A stretch of 64,000 nt of DNA from Glycera tridactyla (Eukaryota). Shown one piece after another: positions 23,465 to 35,657 of this stretch. The notes under the pieces are model-generated. The model made no database searches, was not told the origin of the DNA, and saw nothing but the letters and a program-made list of their open reading frames with translations. The stretch's first letter is position 1; each line of letters starts with the position of its first letter. The position numbers and the translations under genes were made by a program. The stretch is from assembly GCA_965644265.1 (NCBI GenBank), contig OZ286473.1, forward strand, positions 31,124,001 to 31,188,000, read 5' to 3'.

Positions 23465-24480
23465 TCATCGTTGCTGACTTATCAGTGTTGCCGTCGTTGA
23501 CGTTGTCATTGCCACTGTCATCGACATCATGATCGTCGTCATCGTCGTCGGCGTCGTCGTCGTCATTTTCGTCATGGTCGTGCTGTTGGTGTTGGTCGTC
23601 ATCTTGATTTTGGTGTTGGTGTTGGTGGTGTTGGAGGTTTGGGTGTTGGTGGTTTTGGTCGTCGTCGTCCTCCTCGTCGTCCTCGTCATGGCTATGGTTG
23701 TGCTGTTGATGATGGTCGTCATCGTGGTGTTGGTGTGGGCGGTAACGGTGGTGGTGGCCGCCGCCGTCGTCGTCGTCGTCTTCGTCTCTTTCTGGTGGCC
23801 GCCGTCGCCGTCGCCCTCACCATCGTCCTCGCCCTCTCAAAACAACACACCAACAGCACCACCATCGCCATTGTCGTTGTCATGGTGGTTGTGAAGGTGG
23901 TGCAGGTGGTGGTGGTGGTGGTAAGGTGGTGTTGCTGTTCTCGCTGTTCACCGGTATCGTCACTGTCATTGTCAGTGTCATCGACGTCGTGTTCGTCGTC
24001 GTCTCCGTCGTGACCTCGGTCATGCTGTTGGTGGCGGTCGTCGTCCTCCTCATCGTTCCTGTCCTCAGCATCGTCCTCCTACTCGTTATTATCACCCACC
24101 TCGTCCTCTTCCTCGTTTTTTCGTGTTCCATCGTCATCGTTTTTGACTTCATCCCTGTTTGGGTCTTCGTTCTCGTCCTCGTCCTTGTCGCCCTCTCCCT
24201 TCTCTTTTCTCTTCTTCTTTTTTTTTCCTTCTCCTTCNNNNNNNNNNNNNNNNNNNNNNNNNNNNNNNNNNNNNNNNNNNNNNNNNNNNNNNNNNNNNNN
24301 NNNNNNNNNNNNNNNNNNNNNNNNNNNNNNNNNNNNNNNNNNNNNNNNNNNNNNNNNNNNNNNNNNNNNNNNNNNNNNNNNNNNNNNNNNNNNNNNNNNN
24401 NNNNNNNNNNNNNNNNNNNNNNNNNNNNNNNNNNNNNNNNNNNNNNNNNNNNNNTGATGCTGGTGGCGGCGGTGGTGGGG
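23465..24480. repeat. Cryptic trinucleotide low-complexity tract (TCG/GTG/TTC) spanning a gap
   Basis: Direct observation; N-run 24238-24454; gives spurious Val/Thr/Asp-rich ORFs on both strands. Confidence 0.9.
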
Positions 24481-24559
24481 GTAACATTGATGGCAACCAA
24501 CAAAGTAGAGAATTCTCCCTGAAATCATACATTTTGCAATTTCGCCATGAGTTTCCAAC

Positions 24560-25010
24560 TGATAGATATGAATGTTGCATGTAATTATATCCAGATACTT
24601 GGCCTCTAACAGATCCTAAAGGGGGCTACTGGAATTTCCTTGTAGTTTTCACAATTTTCAATGACAAATGCCGTCTGATCTTGAAAAAGGCCCTTTTTCC
24701 CATCTTTATTCCATGATATTATGGAAAAATATTCTGAAATCTCAGTAGCCCCCCCCCCCCCCCCCCCTATGAACTGATAGAGACCTCCGAGATGAACAAA
24801 ATAATGTGCTCCTTCTATATGTAAACCCTCAGGACTCATTCCGGATTTCAAAAATGTGTGATTTCAGGTGGAATTTCTTGGTTGCCATGGTTGCCATGGC
24901 AACCAAACTCGAAACTGATTTGTTGAACTCTGCTCAAATAAAAGTTGAACCTTTCAGGTCATATGATGATCAGAAAAGTGCCATGTAATAGAAAGATATT
25001 CATGCTCAAA
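24560..25010. mobile_element. DNA-transposon-like repeat carrying GTTGCCATGGCAAC
   Basis: Inverted GGGGGCTACTG / CAGTAGCCCCC pair (~24620 and ~24745). GAATTTCTTGGTT.CCATGGTTGCCATGGCAACC is shared with 34520-34556. Confidence 0.45.
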
Positions 25011-25179
25011 ATATGGAATAAACATGAAAGAGTAGGATCAGGTTTGAATATACCATAGATTGCATTAATGACATGAGGTGGTCTCAATTACCGTGAGTTT
25101 AGAAATGGGAGTAACAACAGAGGCATTGTCAGTTTCCCAATGATCCCAAATTTAATCACTATAGAATATATGTCGATTA

Positions 25180-25345
25180 CGGAGAGGTCTTCCCTAGCAC
25201 AGGTGGAGAAACAAGAGGCATTGTCCGTTTCCGAAGAATCTTATGTAACAAACTCGAAATTTGTGGATGGACAGAAGGACAGACTGACAGATGGACAGAC
25301 GCAATGATTACTATCTGGCACCCGCATTTCCATATGGGGCCTTGA
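25180..25345 (+). mobile_element. Short HINE-like element
   Basis: AACAAGAGGCATTGTC start, (GGAC/AGAC)n, hairpin GGCACCCGC..TGGGGCC. Homologous to 42720-42870 and partly to 41310-41400. Confidence 0.6.
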
Positions 25346-26056
25346 TAGTAATGCCAGCGACCACCACCGCTCAAACCACTGACACAACTGCTATAATCCC
25401 TACCACTAGCATCATTACAACCATCCTCATCACCACTACCACCACAAGGGCGATCCACCTGTGAAAACATCCATGTCTACAAGATTCGGCAATTCAGTAT
25501 AATCATTACCATTTTTGTGTGTGTCTTCTGACGTTTTCTATGGAATCAATCATGACTGCGAGCACACTCTCAGATGCATACAGATTTATATACATTTATT
25601 CTACTTGTTCCATTTACCAACATGCATGAAATGCAAANNNNNNNNNNNNNNNNNNNNNNNNNNNNNNNNNNNNNNNNNNNNNNNNNNNNNNNNNNNNNNN
25701 NNNNNNNNNNNNNNNNNNNNNNNNNNNNNNNNNNNNNNNNNNNNNNNNNNNNNNNNNNNNNNNNNNNNNNNNNNGCATCTAGGCTATTGGTGAAATGATG
25801 CCTCTGGTATTCAATTGGTGCCGAAAGGCTATCAGTAGAATGACAGATGGGAGAGGTCGTGGTCTTACATCCCCGATACATCCATACTGGCTGACCCCCA
25901 AGAGATCGGAGGCTGAGATGAGCATCCCGCCTGCTTGCCCTCTCCTCTGACCCATACAGGTGCAGGATGGTTGGCCAAACTTCACTCCTGAATGTGCAAC
26001 ATTGGTGTTTTTGTGCCTTGACAGCATATATCACCAAATATACATATATATATATA

Positions 26057-26177
26057 TATATAAGGTCAGACGAGGCAACGAACACTTGTGTGAGCAAAGA
26101 CCAGTGAGACCGAGAGTGGCGCGTTTGTTTAGAGCGCCTTGCCTGTGACGTCACCAACCGCAGTTGCCATGGTAGCA
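26057..26177 (-). repeat. PLE 3' terminal direct repeat (pseudo-LTR part)
   Basis: TATAAGGTCAGACGAGGCAACGAACACTTG..GCCATGG is repeated at 32259-32379. Confidence 0.9.
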
Positions 26178-26290
26178 CATGGCGCCCTGGGTTAGAGTCT
26201 CATTCTGAGAATGAGGTCACTGGGATTCCCTGGGCTTCCCCAAAACCCCTATTGGGATTCCCTGTTCTAAGGTCCTGGAACATTAACTTA

Positions 26291-26349
26291 GTGGTGTTTC
26301 AGTCCTCAGATCTCGGTTTCGGCCTTTAAAGGCGTCATCAGTCACCAAG
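26291..26349 (-). ncRNA. Candidate type I hammerhead ribozyme in PLE 3' region (degenerate)
   Basis: Minus strand reads TGGTGA-CTGATGA-C-GCC-TTTAAA-GGC-C-GAAA-CC-GAGATCTGA-GG-AC-TGAAA-CACCA. Core CUGAUGA/GAAA, stem II, short stem III with palindromic AGATCT loop. Position 10.1 and U16.1 deviate from consensus. Confidence 0.55.
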
Positions 26350-27084
26350 GTCTTCAGTTGTATCAAAAGGGTGGCCTTCTATGGTCTAAATTTTGGTTTA
26401 GATCATAAATCCTTTTAGGTGAATGTAAACCCAAATTGGTTTATATTCTGCCCTCTGATCTCATTAGTATGTGATCTAACCCCTTGGTTTGAGTCATGTT
26501 TCAAGGAGTTTGCACCAATATTAGTGGTGCTTTGCTAGGTGAGGGTCCCCTATGTTAAGCGGGGAGGGATGAGATGTCCCTGTTGGGGTCCAAATTGGTG
26601 GATATCCCCTGTCGTATGTGTAGGTGGGGTCGTTGTTGTAGCCTAGTGGTGTATAGCCTGGGCTGATAACAATGGCTCCTGACCTAGCCTCCTATATTTT
26701 TGGTGGGTTAATGATTGTGTTGCTTTGTGATGTGGGTGCTAGGTCCCTTCCCAAAATAAGGGTTATGTGTGTAACAAGATTCGGTGGCGCACAGGTGGTG
26801 AAGAGGGTGTAAAGATACACTATCTAGGTTGTATAGTGACATCTAGTGGACCAGGTGTATTTCAGACCCTTGTCCTCTGGTTGGCCTATCGGGCAGTATG
26901 GAATTGGAAAGTGTAGACGAGGCTAATCCCGAAGTGAGCAACCAAGAGGGTAGTGTCTAAAAAAACCAATGTCGGAATGAGTTGAGTGGGTTCACCTGGG
27001 GGGATCTTGTGGTTAGTTTCCAAGGATTATGATATGAAAGTCACAGACTCGGATGAGTCATTTCAAAAGAACTGGTTATTGCGT

Positions 27085-27845
27085 TTAGTTGTTGCCTTTG
27101 ACTCTGACTATGTTTGTTTTGAGGTAGTGCTTCCAGTTCCGGGATTCCATTGGTTTGTAAGGTCTGTCCTTGGTGTTGATGCCCAAGGGTAGCATGGTTC
27201 TCACTCTATGGATCCAATTGAATTCGATCTGTAGTCTCAGATCTAGTGCAATTTTCCCTTTTGGATGGGCATGTATGAAGTCCAGTATATGCACCTTCAT
27301 GTCTTGGTTGCCAGAGTGTCCAGGTAAGTTGAAGTGTCGTCCTATGTCCTCCTTCAGTTTTTCCAGTGGATGGAACCTTTGTGACCTTGGAATCGTTTGT
27401 ACATAGGGTCACTTGTTTGGCCTACGTATTGTTTCTGGCACTTTTTGCATGTTATGCAGTATTTCAGGTTTCCACTTTGGCAGGTTAAGTTTTGTTTTGC
27501 AGTATATTCTCTGTTTGAGTGACTACTGACTATTCTGCCTGTGGTGTCCAGCAAAAGCATTTTGCAGTAAATGCAGTTCCAGGTCCCGCATTTGTTCCTG
27601 TATTTACTGCTCGCACTTTTCTCCATCGTGGTCTTTGTCTTTGGGAGACGTGCCCTTACGAGCAAATCTCGCAAGTTTTGTGGTCGTCGGTAACCAAAAA
27701 TAATTCTGTTTTCTGCCAAGACTTTTGTGGCTTGGGATTTTTTTAATAGGTCCCAATTGTCTGTTACCATAGGTTTCAATCCTTGGAAGGAGGGGTTATT
27801 TGTCGTGATTAGGAATAAATTTTCTTTGTCCGTTTTCCTCGTCAT
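27085..27845 (-). pseudogene. PLE linker plus GIY-YIG endonuclease (frameshifted)
   Basis: GYRRPQNLRDLLVRA; CGTWNCIYC; NLKYCITCKKCQKQYVGQT..RFQGH; then GRHF and EFNWIHRVRTMLPLGIN in the next frame. Confidence 0.9.
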
Positions 27846-29402
27846 TCCCCTGTTTTTTCTCGGGTTTTAAAATTTCAGTCCGTTTAGTGGAGCTTGCTTG
27901 TTTTAGTACCTTGTTCAGTATTTCATCTGGATACCCCCTTCTTTTGAAATGTTTCAGTAAGTCAAACATGTGTTTTCTGTAGTCTTCGGGTCTGCTACAT
28001 ATTCTTCTTACATGTAGAAATTGACTATACGGTGAGCTTGTTTTGCAGTGAGGGGGGTGGGCAGATTTGTAATGCAAATAGTCGTGGCTGTCTGTCGGTT
28101 TGCTGTACAGGTCTGTCCACAGGTAGCCATTAGTATCAATATGTGGTGTGGTATCCAAGAAATCGATCCCGGATGGTGAGTATTCGACGGTGAACTTTAT
28201 CGTTGGGTGTTGAACATTGAGATAGTCTTTGAATACGAGTGATTTCTCTTCACCATGATTCCAGACAAATATCAAGTCATCAGTATATCTTCTGTACAGT
28301 ATTGGTTGGAATTCATGCTTGTAAAGATATTTTTCTTCGAATTCTGCCATGAAGATGTTCGCAAAGCTTGGTGCTACCTTTGTCCCCATGGCCGTCCTTC
28401 ATCTGTGGGTCTGTTAGTGTAAAGGCTAGTAACATCCATCGTTACTAGGAGGCTCCCTGAGGGCACTCTTGTTTCTTCAATCAGATTGATGAAGTCTCCC
28501 GTGTCCTTCAAGAAAGATTTCAGATGTGGTAGGATAGGTTGGAGGAAGTGGTCTGCCAATTGTGATATTCGTTCTGTGGGGCAATCATAAGCAGATACTA
28601 TGGGTCTCCCTGGTGGATTTGTTAAGCTCTTGTGAATTTTTGGTAGAAGATAGAACTGTGATGTACGTGGATGGTCGACTACTAAGTATTCTGCGACCTT
28701 CCCCGTGATTTCTTTGTTCTGTACTAATTTGTCTATCAGTGATTTCACCTCTTGGTTATGAATTTACGTCAGATTTTTGTCTGTTTTTACATAGAAATTT
28801 GTATCGTTTAGTTGTCGTTCACCTTCTTTTATGTAGTCATCAATATTCTGGATGACTACGGCTGATCCTTTGTCCGCCTTTTCGATCACTATCTTCCGAT
28901 TGTTCGTCAACTCTTCGATAGCTGCCATTTCTTTTTTGTCCATGTCTTTCTTCAGAGGAGCTGTGAGTTTTGTTTTTGCCAATTTCATTTCGTTCACGGC
29001 CACCATTGTTTCTATCATCCCTGGTATTTTTGTTGGCGTGAAGTTTGATTTTGACTTGAATTTGACGTGTTCGAAAGGGGCATTGACTGGCGTTTGTTTC
29101 TCCTTTGTTTGTTTTTGAAGGAGGATGTTCGCCATTTTCGGATTATTCGGCATTCTCGGATTTAATACATTGGTCCACGCTTCATCTTTGTCCGTGTTCT
29201 TTCCGAAATGTGATTTTAGATTGACATTTCGGTGGAAGCTTTCTAAATCCCATCGTAGGTCTCCCATGTCTGTTACTCCAGGCGTGGGACAGAAAGTCAA
29301 TCCATGGCCTAGCCATGATATGTGTGTATCTGCTAGCTGAAAAGAAGACATATTAATGACATTATGCTTCAGTGGATCAATATGCAGTGTATGATAATTC
29401 AC
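27796..29402 (-). pseudogene. PLE reverse transcriptase (frameshifts, internal deletion)
   Basis: VINMSS..GLTFCPTP, KADKGSAVV, FYLLPKIHK..PPGRPIVS, MDVTSLYT, AMGTKVAPSFANIFM, RYTDD, FLD, YSKPTD. Confidence 0.95.
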
Positions 29403-29559
29403 CCGATCAGAGAAGAATTTACAACATGTATTCCGTAAAGTGTTGAAATTTTATTTGAAATAGGTGGGACACTGGCTGGTGAGTCTCTTTTCCGTGGTCA
29501 AGTCTCTGCGCCCATATACTTTCGTATGTTGTTATTGTTTGTATTCTCACTCGGCAATG

Positions 29560-32243
29560 CTGTTTTTCATGTTTCGCATTTTTTGTCTAGTGAGTGTCTG
29601 TTGGGCTGGTGGCATTTAGTCTTCGGTTCAACACAGCCTGTTAGTCCCTGAACGGTAATGGAATTACTGGGTTGAGAACTGTTAATATAACCAAGTCCAA
29701 CTGGACAACAAATCGGTACTATAGGATTGTCTGGAGTCCGTTGGTCAGGAAATGTCTTGTGTGGCCTAAGGCGTGTCTCCGCCATTGTGTTTGTCACTGG
29801 TGGTTTATGTTTTTCACCGGTGTTGTTTGCCATCTGACATTGACCTGATTGGCCCTCTACTCCTTCTTTTTGGACATGTTTCAGATGAAGTCTGCCAGAA
29901 GGTCTGCCAAAAGTTTGTTGATGCCGCTCTTCTCTGACTTTGTTTGTTTTCTCTTTTTCTTCTCTTGTTTTGTTTTCGAGCTTTTGTTTTTCTGGCCCTT
30001 CCTGGTTTTTGTCATTTTGTTGCTGACCTTTGTCTCGGCTTCTGGAAAATCCCCATCTTCATCACTTCGGTCATGGTCTGTGCTGGATTCTGATTCCCGG
30101 GGGATCTCCTTCTTTCGTTTTTTCTGGGTGTCATCTTTGTTTTGTTTTGTACTGGAGGGGCATTTCTCCAGAGTAGTTTTGTCTGTTGCCGGGGGTTGAT
30201 AGTCACGGCTGGTGCTCGGTACTTTGCCATCTTCAACAGGCTTTCCGAGAGATGATTTGCTCTTTCTCTTAGGTAGGGATGACTTGGGTTTGTTGTCATT
30301 CTCCCTGTTCTCCTTTGTTTTTCTCTCGATGTTCGATTTCCTGAACACGAGTGGTTTGTCCAGATCCTCGTTGTAGCGGATGCGCCGGGCCTGAACGCGT
30401 TTTTTCATGAAATGCTCGAACGTAGGCTGGTTTTCCTGGTATTTGTCATTGCCCAGAGCCCTCTTCTGTCTTGCTCTGGATCATCCGATGTATGATGCCA
30501 AGAGTTCCTGGGCTTCATTGAAGCCTTGGCGATCTGGGTTGCCTTCATCATCTTCGTAGGCAGTGATTTTAAGTAATCTGCTGCACTCCGTCCATCCTCA
30601 ACTGACGCCCTTGACAGCCATTCTATCAGGGCTTGAAGTAGATCCTTGGCTCGTTGCAAATCAGCTTGTAAGCGAATCTGGCTATTCTTGGGCGAGCCAC
30701 CAGAGAAGTTGGCCCAGTCCCATCGCCCATCCTGGGATGACGTCGGCGTTGAGTAGTGCTCTAAGGTGTTCTGCCTGTCGCTTGTGAGGGGTCTCATCAA
30801 GCAGTGATCTTTGTACCAGATGGAACGGCTTCGTTGCCCGTGTTGGGATGTGGATGCGTCTTCCCAGGGTCTGGAAGAAAGCAGGTTGGGTGTCGATTAG
30901 GTCTACGGTTTCATTTTCCAAAATTTCAACAAGAACCTCAATACTGTCTTTCTCAGAGATTTGTGTCAGTTTCTCCAATAAATTTCGTGGAGGCAGGTCT
31001 GTTTTCTCACTGATAAGTCCTGTTTCTAGAGTGGTTTGGCTGGCGGTTGCCTCTCCACAGAATGTGTCTGGGTTTTGATTATCAGTGAGTGTGGGAGTGT
31101 GGGGAATGTTTGGCTTGCTTTGGGTATTCATGAGTGTAACATTCTCACAGCTGCCTGTTGGGCTGTCCCCTTTGTTGTTGGTTTGTGAGGTGCAGGACAG
31201 CGCTTGTAGGTTGTTCAGATTGAACTGGTCTAGACTGTCAAGCTTTTCGGGTGAGTTTCTGGCTTGAGATCTAGTAACTCTCACATTCACTCTTGAGTCT
31301 GTGATTGTGATTTCCGAGTCTGTGGGGCGTGGTTTCACATTGAAATATGTTGTGATATTGCCCTTGGAGTTCTGTCTAGTTTTTTTATTCTGACTCAGAA
31401 GGGTTGCGTTTTGTTTTTCTAGCTGGGATCTGTGTGTTTTGCTGCGGGTCATGGGTGACGAGCGTGGGGGTAGGGTGCCTGGCTGGTTGTTCACTGTTTG
31501 TGGTATTCGTGTGTGTGGCAGTGGCCGTGGCATACCCTTCAAGGGTCAGTACATTTTTTGTCATGACATGTTGATTGTCAGTGATGCCAAGGGATGGGAA
31601 TTCTGTGAGTGAATCCAATGGAGGTGCGTCGTGACGTGCCTCGACGCTGTGGTGTTACGTCGCGGTATTGTTGGTGGCGCGTTCCGTGACGTGTTTCCCT
31701 TTCCTCTCCTTGCGAGGGAGGAGTTTTTTCAGCCTGCAATTTCGCGATGATCAGATCATTGAATGTGGTGGTTTTGTACTCAAATGGTTTCCCTTTTGCG
31801 TTTTGTTTTGTAGGCGAGGTTTTGTTTGTGCATTTTGACCTTTCAGTGTCATATGCATCAACGTCATTGGGGACCCTGTATTAGAACGCTCCACTGGCGA
31901 GTAAAAGTTCAGTAAAATTTGTACTTACCGAGTTAACCAATCTCGGTGGACTTTGTGAGTTTCTCCCATTTTGTTCGGGAGACGGACATCTAGATTCATC
32001 CTCCTTGTTCGGCGTTGCCTTTCTTCCTGATTGATTTGTAAGGGATTTGGCACTCCGGGGCGTGACGTGTCGTGGCGTGCTCCGGGAGCTGCTACACTTG
32101 CTGTTGCGTGACGAAGACGGAGTCCCATCTTTTTTAGTTTTTCCGGTTTCTCCATCCTCGTTAGATCCATAATCTTCCAAATCTAGATCCACGGATGATT
32201 CTCCCTCTTCGAGGGGTCTTTTGTCGTGGTCGCCGTCGCTCAT
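29560..32243 (-). pseudogene. Long fragmented upstream ORF region of the PLE (basic, mostly disordered, with a helical core)
   Basis: Abutting ORF pieces 31881-32255, 30682-31542, 30405-30800, 29881-30408 and 29567-29833; ATG at 32243 right after the terminal repeat. Confidence 0.55.
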
Positions 32244-32258
32244 TTCAATGTTCAAAGG

Positions 32259-32379
32259 TATATAAGGTCAGACGAGGCAACGAACACTTGCGTGAGCAAC
32301 GACCGGTGAGACCGAGAGTGGCGCGTTTGTTTAGAGCGCCTTGCCTGTGAAGTCACCAACCGCAGTCGCCATGGCAACC
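32259..32379 (-). repeat. PLE 5' terminal direct repeat, probable promoter/5'UTR
   Basis: Copy of 26057-26177; contains GTCGCCATGGCAAC (32365-32378) and TATATA just upstream of the first ATG. Confidence 0.85.
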
Positions 32380-33134
32380 ATTGCACTGGCAACCTAACAT
32401 TTCTTTGATACATTTTGACCTAACATCATATCTCTCTTATATTAGTGCTCAGAATAAGAAATTGTTTCCAATGGGATATATTACTTTTGAAATGGTAATG
32501 ATGTACCATTTCCATTCAGTGATTATTTTCTGTACAATCCCACACAAAAGTTGTAGAATCAAGGATGTACCAGGGAGTTTTTCTGGTTTCCTGACTGGCA
32601 CCTATGGCATAACACTAGTAGGTCACTTGCCCACCTTCCTAGATACCTCTATCACTGTCCTTCAAACAAATACTGCATTATTTTTATGCCCAACCATGTT
32701 TGAACACCAAACAGGAATTTTTCCAATATTGACCCCGGTGTGGGTTGGTGGCTGTGTGCTTGAGTAGATGGTCGGGTGAATGATGGTTTCTGGATGATAT
32801 CTCGAAAAGTTGGGGTTGGTTTGAGGTGAAATTTTGTGGGTAGGATTACCTGAGGTCTGGCAAGACACCTATGAATTTTGGAATGGCTATGTTGAATTTA
32901 TTCATATTTCTGCTATCTTTCATTATTTTTGGAGAAATTCAATAAAATGTTCAACACTGGCTAGCGATAAAACGAATCTGGTGACATGCAATTTCTTTCC
33001 ACTTTTTTTGATTGTCCAGTTATGAACTACAAAATGAACGAAGAAAATTGAATCCAGCAAATATTCCTGTATGGTCTGTAAAGTGATTTGTGATTTTCAA
33101 GTGATTTTTTTCATTGGTTTCCGTGGACTATTGC

Positions 33135-33597
33135 GTCCTTTTTATCGTGAAAAACATTTTTTTCCATGTGAGTTCCCCAATTCATTGCATAAGGATACAA
33201 GACAAAATAAATAAGAGGTTTGATTCATTCGAATATAGTGTCTATGTAATATTTCTTGATGAAACTGTATCTTGGCAATTTTTGCATTTTCTCAATATTT
33301 CGACAATTATATAAATAGCTACAGCTGAAAAACGAGCCTGGTGACCCCCACTCTTTTTATCGTCTTTCTTATCGTGTCTTTTTTATCGTGAAAAACATTT
33401 TTTCCATGTGAGTTCCCCAATTTATTGCATAAGGATACAAGACAAAATAAATAAGAGGTTTGATTCATTCAAATATAGTGTCTATGTAATATTTCTTGAT
33501 GAAACTGTATCTTGGCAATTTTTGCATTTTCTCAATATTTCGACAATTATATAAATAGCTACAGCTGAAAAACGAGCCTGGTGACCCCCACTTTTTT
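33135..33597. repeat. Near-identical ~241-bp tandem duplication
   Basis: TTTTTATCGTGAAAAAC..GCCTGGTGACCCCCACT occurs twice, starting at ~33135 and ~33376. Confidence 0.9.
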
Positions 33598-34139
33598 TCA
33601 GGAAATCTTATCTATACCTCATTAGAAATAATCATCTGAAATTTCAAGGACGTGGCAAATTTCAAAAAAACTGCCTCATTCATCCTTAAGACTGTTTGAG
33701 ATCTGTTTGTGTCCTCTATATCATTCTTCTTATATCGTCCCGTATTTGCCAAACGTTTTTCATCATGCAAATATCTGATTCATTGTTTCAATTGTGGATA
33801 TTTCGTCCTGACTGATCCGAAAGAGAGGGATGAGCTAACTCACACCTGTAGATCTCAATGCATTGGAATATTTATCCAAATTTTGAATTTCCCGGAGAAC
33901 TGGTGGGAGACTTCATTCAGAGATGGATATTTTCATTCAGGGATAGCTATCGGACCCCATGCGATTCGCATGGGTGTAAACAACTCATGTCTTTAATGCA
34001 GATTGTCTATGTTGTAAAAGTTAGAAATCAAGTATTAGATGTATTCAGTTTTAGGGAAGATTACCTGACATAGTAGAAAGCAATGATTTTATATTGATGT
34101 ATTATCCTAATCGAAGAGTTCAAAGTGAGACATTAAACA

Positions 34140-34560
34140 TATCCAATACCATGGCAACGGTTGCCATGGCAACCCGACTACCCAAAATTTACTGGAAAAT
34201 CACTCATTTTGACCTGGCGCCATGTCTCCTTCATGTCAAATCTCTATATGATGATTCCATTCCATAAAGGTACATTTTACATGAATTTTCAAAGATATAT
34301 GTTTTAAATTTTTTGATTATTTTTGTCAGGATTGGATTTCTAAGTAGAATGAAATAGAAAAAATGCATATTTTTGTGTATGTAATGTGAAATATCATCAT
34401 GAGATAAACCGATCTCAAAAATATACATGTTTTGAGAGATCATGCTACAAAATCAAGAACAAATCATCCATGTAAATATACACAAGACATGGCGCCAGGG
34501 ACATATATGATACAATGAAATGAATTTCTTGGTTTCCATGGTTGCCATGGCAACCGAGGT
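34140..34560. mobile_element. DNA-transposon-like repeat with two GTTGCCATGGCAAC motifs
   Basis: Motifs at 34160-34173 and 34541-34554; TGGCGCCA(T/G)G occurs near both ends; similar to 24840-24905. Confidence 0.45.
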
Positions 34561-34944
34561 GATGGTGTTGACATTAAAGTGTATCTCAAATTGATGGTCG
34601 TGTTCCTTCCTCAATCTATACCAACTTCAGTTTGGGAAAACTGCTTATCATCTTGTTTGAAAATTCGATATCTGAATAGGTGTAGCATACACAAGAAAAT
34701 GTACCGAAAACTGCATTAACGACATGAGAAGTCATCTCCTCCCTCTGAAACCCTAACAGCAGATGAAATGAGACAGAAATTGCACACATTCACGACAAGA
34801 CGATTACGTGATGATCCTTTTGAATAATTTGTGTTGTTCGGATATCAACTCGGTCGAGCTATACACCATACCGTCATGTGACGTGAATGAGACTTTTGGC
34901 TACATACTAAATCATTTCACTATATGTGATTGTGAATCTTTCTG

Positions 34945-35175
34945 ATTGTTTGTTTGCTCGTTTGTTTGTTTGTTTAATGGCATGTATCAACCTTAGGGTT
35001 ACGCATGCCACGTGTTCCTTGTTGATGAAATCTAGATGTTCTCTACCCTGCAGACATCTCTTTCACAAACCCTGAACACAAGATGATGGGGAACCTCAAA
35101 TGTTGGCAAGCTCACAGTTCAGACACACCTCTACCCACTCTTCATGAACAAACTGAATCGGATGATGGCATATCT
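34945..35175 (-). mobile_element. SINE-like family copy 3
   Basis: (TTTG)n, then GGCATGTATCAACCTTAGGGTTACGCATGCC hairpin and the family core. Confidence 0.7.
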
Positions 35176-35657
35176 GAATCTTTTTTATATCGAGCAGCGA
35201 TGAAATGAGTCTATGGCAAGCCTATAGAGGTCAATACAGTTCATAAGCTTCTGAAGTCTTCATCATAATAAATCCATGTCGGCTTAATTTCTCCATGTCG
35301 AGTGAGGCAGAAATCGAATGATACTACATCAATATCAATATCAATATGCACTGATATGCATCCATTACCTCGGCCTGCGTCATCAATACATGTGCACTAC
35401 TTCTCTGAGTCCTGATTAGTGTGGAAAAAAGTGAGTCCTCATTCCATTGATGGAAAATCTGTGCATTATCGACAGGCAATAAGATGTGTTAGAGATTCTT
35501 GAATTTCAGCATGATCGTGGGATCTGATCATGATATCTACCAAACACACATATATCCATAGGGATCGGCTTCAGAATGATTTGGTTTTATCCTATCATAT
35601 ATACTATACTGTTTCGCCATAAGTTTCCAGCAGAAAAATATAGAAGCTGCGTGGTCT

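Larger units (their letters stand above)
26057..32379 (-). mobile_element. Penelope-like retroelement (Neptune-like) with direct terminal repeats, inactivated
   Basis: ~120-bp direct repeats at 26057-26177 and 32259-32379 (~7 differences); PLE RT and C-terminal GIY-YIG; Cys linker CGTWNCIYC; the left end runs into (TA)n. Confidence 0.9.

Noticed and set aside
23465-24584. Long Val/Thr/Asp/Glu-rich ORFs on both strands
   Set aside because: Products of cryptic trinucleotide repeats and an N-gap; open in most frames, with no domain content.
5066-25774. X-containing ORFs across N-runs (5066-5229, 24238-24454, 25638-25774)
   Set aside because: Assembly gaps, not sequence.
27085-29402. Selenocysteine recoding as in Naiad PLEs
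   Set aside because: The EN is C-terminal (not Naiad), and the breaks I checked are frameshifts, a TAA and a deletion rather than in-frame TGA at Cys positions.
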